DNA from: an uncultured delta proteobacterium
Lineage (GTDB): Bacteria > Myxococcota_A > Polyangia > Polyangiales > Polyangiaceae
Direction: 5' to 3'
NCBI GenBank assembly: GCA_963827955.1
Contig: CAWHDJ010000018.1
Span: 1,373,297-1,437,296 of the forward strand
Length of the DNA: 64,000 bases
The position numbers and the translations under genes are program-made. The notes below the pieces were generated by a model, which was not told where the DNA came from, did not search any database, and saw only the letters and a program-made list of their open reading frames with translations. Positions 59,146 through 64,000 of this stretch are shown here, piece after piece (the first letter of the stretch is position 1; each line of letters begins with the position of its first letter).

Positions 59146-60736
59146 ATGGCGCACGACTTCATCATCATCGGGTCCGGGTTCGGGGGCAGCGTGGCGGCGC
59201 TCCGCCTGGTCGAGAAGGGCTACAAGGTCCTCGTCCTGGAGCGCGGCAGGCGCTTCGGCCCCGAGGATTTTCCCAAGACCAACTGGGACCTGCCCCGGTG
59301 GATGTGGGCGCCCGCGCTCGGGCTGCGGGGCATCTTCAAGATGAGCTTCTTCCCGCACGTCACCGTGGTCCACGGGGTCGGCTACGGCGGCGGCTCGCTC
59401 GTCTACGCCAATACGCTCCCCGTCCCGGCGGATCCCTTCTTCCGCGCCAAACCCTGGGGAGGCCTCGCCGACTGGAAGGCCGAGCTCGCCCCCCACTATG
59501 CGACCGCGAAGCGCATGCTCGGCGCGGTGCGGAACCCGAACCTCACCTACGTCGACGAGGTGATCCGGGAGGTCGGCCGCGACATGGGCAAGGAGCCCGC
59601 CTTCCACCCCACCGACGTCGCGGTCTACTTCGGCAAGCCGGGCGAGACCGTGCCGGACCCGTTCTTCGGCGGCAAAGGCCCTGCGCGCACGGGGTGCACC
59701 TCGTGCGGCGCGTGCATGACGGGCTGCCGCTTCGGCGCCAAGAACACGCTCGACAAGAACTACCTCTACCTCGCCGAGCGCCTGGGCCTCGACGTCGAGA
59801 CCGAGACCGAGGTCACCGCCGTCCGCCCCGAGCCCGGCGGAGGCTACCGCGTCGACGCGCTCTCCGGCCTGCCCCCGGGCCGGCGGCGCGCCAGCGCCTT
59901 CTCGGCCAAGAACGTGATCTTCGCGGGCGGCGTGATGGGCACCGTCCCGCTCCTGCTCCGCCTCAAGGGCGACCCGCAGGGCCTCCCGCGGCTCTCCGAC
60001 CGCGTGGGCGACTTCGTTCGCACCAACTCCGAGTCGCTGATCGAGGTCGTGAGCGAGCGGCGCGACCAGGATCTTCTCGAAGGGCATCGCCATCGGGTCC
60101 ATCCTCGAGACCGACGAGCACTCCCACGTCGAGCCCACCCGCTACGGCGCGGGGTCCGGCTTCTTCCGCCTCCTCGCCGCCCCGCACGTCTCCGGCGCCA
60201 CGCTGCTCACGCGCCTCGCGCACTTCGCCGGCGTGGTGGCGAAGAACCCGCTGAAGGCGCTGCGCGCGGCGGCGGTGCCCGACTTCTCCAGGTACAGCAT
60301 CATCCTGCTCTACATGCGGACGCTCGAGGGCTCGCTCCGGATGAAGCTCGGCCAATCGGTCACGACGGGCTTCACCGAGGGCGTGACCACCGAGCTCGGC
60401 GACGGCCCCGCCCCCACCGCGTCGATCCCCGAGGCGACCGAGATCGCGCAGCGCGTGGCCGACAAGGTCCAGGGTTTCCCCGTCAGCCTGGTCACGGAGA
60501 CCGCGCTGGGAATCCCGACCACGGCGCACATCCTCGGCGGAGCGTGCATGGGGGACTCGCCCGAGACCGGCGTCATCGACAAGGAGCACCGGGTCTTCGG
60601 CTACGAGGGCCTCTACGTGATCGACGGCTCCGCAGTGTCGGCGAACCCCGGGGTGAACCCCTCGCTCACGATCACGGCCCTGGCCGAGCGCGCGATGAGC
60701 CGGATCCCGGCGAAGAGCGCCGGGGCCTCGGCATAG
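59146..60736 (+). CDS. GMC-family FAD-dependent oxidoreductase (cholesterol-oxidase-like) (frameshift ~60080)
   Basis: MAHDFIIIGSGFGGSVAALRLVEKGYKVLVLERG (GxGxxG FAD site) … C-terminal …HILGGACMGDSPETGVIDKEHRVFGYEGLYVIDGSAVSANPGVNPSLTITALAERA…. Confidence 0.7.
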
Positions 60737-60752
60737 GCGTCAGGGAACTTCA

Positions 60753-60904
60753 ATCCTAACCGCGCCCGGAGCGAGCTGCCGTTTACGGCAGCTCGCGGAG
60801 GAAGCGGGGGCCGCAGGTCTGCTCGACGGCGCCTAGTGCGAAGCCGCGCCCCCCGCTTCCTCCGCGTCCCGCCTTCGGCGGGACGCTCCGGGCGCGGTTA
60901 GGAT
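60753..60904. repeat. MITE1 copy 3
   Basis: (TTCA)ATCCTAACCGCGCCCGGAGCGAGCTGCCGTTTACGGCAGCTCGCGGAGGAAGCGGGGGCCGC…GCGCCCCCCGCTTCCTCCGCGTCCCGCCTTCGGCGGGACGCTCCGGGCGCGGTTAGGAT. Lies between convergent genes. Confidence 0.8.
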
Positions 60905-60928
60905 GGTGTTTGTGGCGCGCCTCGCGGG

Positions 60929-63218
60929 CTAATGAGCCTGGAGCCACGGCGCGAGCAGCTCCTCCCCCCGCTCCCACAACAGCCGCCCGTTCCCCTCGTC
61001 GATCGCCGCGGGGGACGCCGTCTTGCGGCGCATCAGGTGCATGTACCATCCGGTGTCGCCGGCCAGCTCGGGGGCGGCCGCGAGGTAGACCACGGGGGCG
61101 GCCGCGTCCTCGGGGCTTCGGAAGAAGGCCTTCATCACCATGTCGAGCGGGCGCTGAACGAAGCCAGGCGCGTCGCGGGCGATGCGCGAGGCGACGGCGC
61201 CGGGGCAGAGGGCGTGGACCGAGACGGAGGGCCGCCCGCCCGTCGTGAGGCGGCGGGCGAGCTCGGTCGCCAGGGTGGTGAGCGCGAGCTTCGTGCCGCC
61301 GTAGACCCGCATCGCGTCCGTGACGCCGTGATCGGCGAAGGCGCCGAAGCGGTCGAAGTCGAGCCCCGCGGACGAACGGTGCGCCTCCGAGGTGACGTAC
61401 ACGATCCGCGGGATCGCCGTCCCCGTGCGCCCGTTCGACGCATAAACGGAGTTCGGGATCACCCCGCTCGCGAGCAGCCTCCGCGGGAAGAGGTGGTTCG
61501 CCAGGTAGTGCACCGCGAACATCTCCTCGAACCCCTGCTTGGTCCTCCGCGCGTTGTTCGCGGCGAGGCCCGCGTTGCCGACGAAGAGATCGAGCGTCTC
61601 CCCGCGGCGCGCGAGCTCGTTCGACAGGGCGACGATCGAGTCCAGGTCCGAGAGATCCACGCGCAGCATTTCCACCGAGCGCGCCAAACAACCGCTCTTC
61701 CGGACGACGTCCTCGCCGGCCTCCGGGATGCCGCTCCGGCACGCCAGCAGAACGCGGGCCCCGCGGCGCGCGAGGTCGACGGCGACCGCCTTGCCCAGCC
61801 CGCTGCTCGCGCCGGTCACCAGCGCCGTCTTGCCGTCGAGGCGCACGCTCGGGTCGAGCGGCGCGAGGCCGCGCTCGCGGCTCCGGAGGTCGTAGATGGC
61901 CGTGAAGACCGCGCCGACCGCGCTGTCGTGGCCGAGGCCGCTCGGCGCGGCCTGCGCCTGCACCTCCTCGCGCTCGGCCTTCTCCCGCCGGATGCCGAAG
62001 CGGGCGCGGTAATCGGCGAAGGTCTCCTCGATCCGCGCGGGGCTCAGGCCGAAGTCGCGCGTCCTGTAGACGTGCCGCCCGTAGCGGTGCTGCACGTCGC
62101 GCGCGAGCACCGCCCGCATCGCGGCCTCCGCCGGGGCGTCGAGCGAGAGGCCCGCGTGCGCGTAGATGCGCGACACCTCCTCGAGCGGGTCCTTCAGGAG
62201 ATCGTAGTACGAGACGTCCACGCAGGAGGCCTCGGCGCCCTCGGCCCGCGCCGAGAGCGATCGGTCGATCATCCGGCGCACCTTGCGCAGCCAGTGCCGG
62301 CCGACCTCGCGCGCGTCAACGTGGTCCGAGAACACGCCCCGGCCGTGGGCGACCATGCTGCAGAAGGAGCCCATCGTGGCGTGCGGATCGCGGTGCGTCT
62401 GGACGATGATCGCGTCGGGGAACACCGTGAGAAGCTCACGCAGGTTCTCCATGTGGTTCGGCGTCTTCAGCACCCAGAAGTCACCCGAGCGCTGCCAGGC
62501 GAGCACGGCGAGCGCGCGGGCCAGCCAGCGGTACGCAGGGACCATGTCCTGCCCCTCCAGCCACGCGGCGTAGGTCGGCACGTGGAGCGTGGCCTCGGGC
62601 GCCTGGCTCGTGAAGGCGTGGTCGAGCAGGAGCACGTCCTCCTCCGGCGCGTCGGACTCGACGGGGTGGATGGCGAAGAACTCGGGGGCCAGCGCGCGGA
62701 GCCCCAGCTCGGCGCCCTTGGCCTCGGCCCGCCGGCGGAAGGAGCCCGTCCGGCCCTCGCCGGGGAGCGGCGCCGGGTGCAGCGCCTCCCACGACATGAG
62801 CGCGCGAGCCCGGGGGTCGGCGGCGATGAGCCGGTGCAGCATCGTGGTGCCGGTGCGCTGGAGGCCGGCGATCACGATGGGCCTCGGGACGGGAGATCTC
62901 GGCGATCTCCGGGTGCGCGCGGTGGAGCTCCTCCACCCGCAGCCGGTTGACGAGCATCGCCACGATGCGCCCGCGCATGATCGCGCGCCCGAGCGCGTGC
63001 AGCCGCGCCTCGCGCTCGATCGACTCCACCAGCACGCCGAGCGGCTCGCGGAAGCTGGGGTCGCCGAAGGCCGAGAGCCCGCTGGTCGCCTCCGCCGCCT
63101 TCAGCATGTCGTCGACGTCGAGCCGCGCCGGCGCGCTCACCCGGTTGTAGAGCCGGGCCGGCGCCGGCCTCTTCGGGTGGGCGTAGTCGGTGGAGGTGAC
63201 GAGCTCTCGCGGGCGCAT
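60929..63218 (-). CDS. sulfotransferase-domain / short-chain dehydrogenase (SDR) fusion protein (frameshift ~62880)
   Basis: N-terminal …GLQRTGTTMLHRLIAAD… (PAPS-binding-loop-like), …WVLKTPNHMENL…. C-terminal TALVTGASSGLGKAVA (TGxxxGxG) and YGGTK (YxxxK). The extreme N-terminus (MRPRELVTSTDYAHP…) lies in a different frame. Confidence 0.65.
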
Positions 63219-63403
63219 GGGATCCTATGCGCCTACCGTGCGCCTACCGAACCGCGAGCGCAAGCGAGCGGATGCCAGGAGGCGCGGCGTCTTCATGCCC
63301 TCGCACGCGTGGCGCTACAGGTAGCGCGGCGCGTGCGAGGGCGTGTCGACGTAGGTGCTCTCTGGCGCCCGCTCCCTGGCGGTCGCGGTTCGGTATGTGC
63401 TGT

Positions 63404-64000
63404 CTAGCGTCGGAGGTCCGCGAGCTTCACGATGCGGGTCCGGGGCACGGGGTGGGCGTCGGCGCGTACCCAGCGGAAGCACATGGTGCCCTGCGGGTGG
63501 CCGACGGTGGTGATCCAGTTCGGGAGGCCCGGGTCGGTGTGCGCCACGACGAGGCGCACCGAGCCGTCCGGCTCGGGCTTCGCGGTGTGCTTGTTCAAGT
63601 GGATGGTGAAGTACCTGTAGTCGAGCGACTCCATCCAGTAGTTGTTGAGCTGGAAGTTCCAGTGCTCGCAGCGCGGCGGCGTGACCTCGATGACCAGGGC
63701 CTCGTCGGGCGCGAGCCTCCAGTGGCTGTGGTAGTAGGCGATGTTGGGGTCGCCCCCGGCGCGGTTCGAGACCTCCTGGTCGAAGCGCGGCAGCTCGTTC
63801 GAGTGCCGCTGGAAGTCGCGCGCCCACTTGGCGAACAGCAGCGACGCCCCCGCCACCAGCGTGCCCGCGTTCTTGAGCCCCTCGTCCACCTGCGCGGGCG
63901 TGATCGGCTTCGGGCGCTGGGGGCCGTCGACCCGCTCGATGCGCAGCGTGGCGAGCTTCTCGGTCGCCCGGTCGAGGAAGGTCTGCCGCACGATGAGCAG
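63404..64000 (-). CDS. hypothetical protein, C-terminal part (gene continues beyond window end)
   Basis: Protein-like, non-repetitive translation (…FDQEVSNRAGGDPNIAYYHSHWRLAPDEALVIEVTPPRCEHWNFQLNNYWMESLDYRYF…). Confidence 0.5.
   Translation of the reverse strand: MLIVRQTFLDRATEKLATLRIERVDGPQRPKPITPAQVDEGLKNAGTLVAGASLLFAKWARDFQRHSNELPRFDQEVSNRAGGDPNIAYYHSHWRLAPDEALVIEVTPPRCEHWNFQLNNYWMESLDYRYFTIHLNKHTAKPEPDGSVRLVVAHTDPGLPNWITTVGHPQGTMCFRWVRADAHPVPRTRIVKLADLRR

Overview
This window is about 72% GC with strongly GC3-biased coding. Combined with multiple Hanks-type Ser/Thr kinases, PilZ, a TIGR02265/DUF2378-like protein, many lipobox and Cys-rich secreted proteins, and a RND/MFP efflux pair, it most likely comes from a Myxococcota chromosome (inference only). 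Because the GC content is so high, all six frames contain long spurious ORFs. Genes were called on protein plausibility, motifs, lipoboxes/signal peptides and start/stop context rather than ORF length. Hand-derived internal coordinates may be off by 1-3 nt. The left ~12.5 kb is an IS-saturated accessory patch, described below from left to right. (1) IS1380-like element copy 1 is partial, with its left end outside the window. (2) A nested-palindrome MITE (MITE1) abuts it. (3) An XRE HTH regulator sits divergent from a small ORF plus an Mrr-like (PD-(D/E)xK) nuclease-domain protein. (4) An IS1182-like element has its transposase split exactly at an A8 slippery run, consistent with programmed -1 frameshifting. 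(5) A MITE2-core palindrome lies between that element and the next. (6) An IS4-like element has a split transposase. (7) A Ser/Thr kinase comes next. (8) A retron-type reverse transcriptase with a ~290-aa N-terminal extension follows it. (9) A long tandem-octamer palindrome follows the RT, and IS1380-like copy 2 has inserted into its loop with a 4-bp TSD TTCA. (10) A GNAT acetyltransferase closes the patch. A third IS1380-like copy (26248-27884, TSD CTAA) sits four bases inside a second MITE family (MITE2). That MITE family is also linked to two paralogous mini-lipoprotein genes. The rest of the window looks like core or lightly accessory chromosome. It holds a lipoprotein operon (Cys-rich lipoprotein, metallophosphoesterase, CBM9/DOMON-like), a frameshifted ferritin-like secreted protein, a cupin, a second Ser/Thr kinase, a PP-loop ATPase, a second GNAT, a PilZ-AMIN-like protein, and an alpha/beta-hydrolase lipoprotein. 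It also holds a 21-bp x ~29 tandem repeat array, an MFS transporter, a VOC/hotdog/MDR-oxidoreductase/acyl-CoA-synthetase/RND/MFP gene string, MscS, a YafY/WYL regulator with a VOC gene, pfkA, a DUF2378+UbiB pair, an 871-aa CarbopepD-repeat protein, a DDAH-like enzyme, a solute-binding lipoprotein, an M14 peptidase, a GMC oxidoreductase, and a sulfotransferase-SDR fusion. A striking caveat: about 20 genes of ordinary function show single-base apparent frameshifts. This is more consistent with assembly/sequencing indel errors than with mass pseudogenisation, so pseudogene calls are provisional. The one exception is the IS1182-like element's A8-run frameshift, which looks programmed rather than an error.
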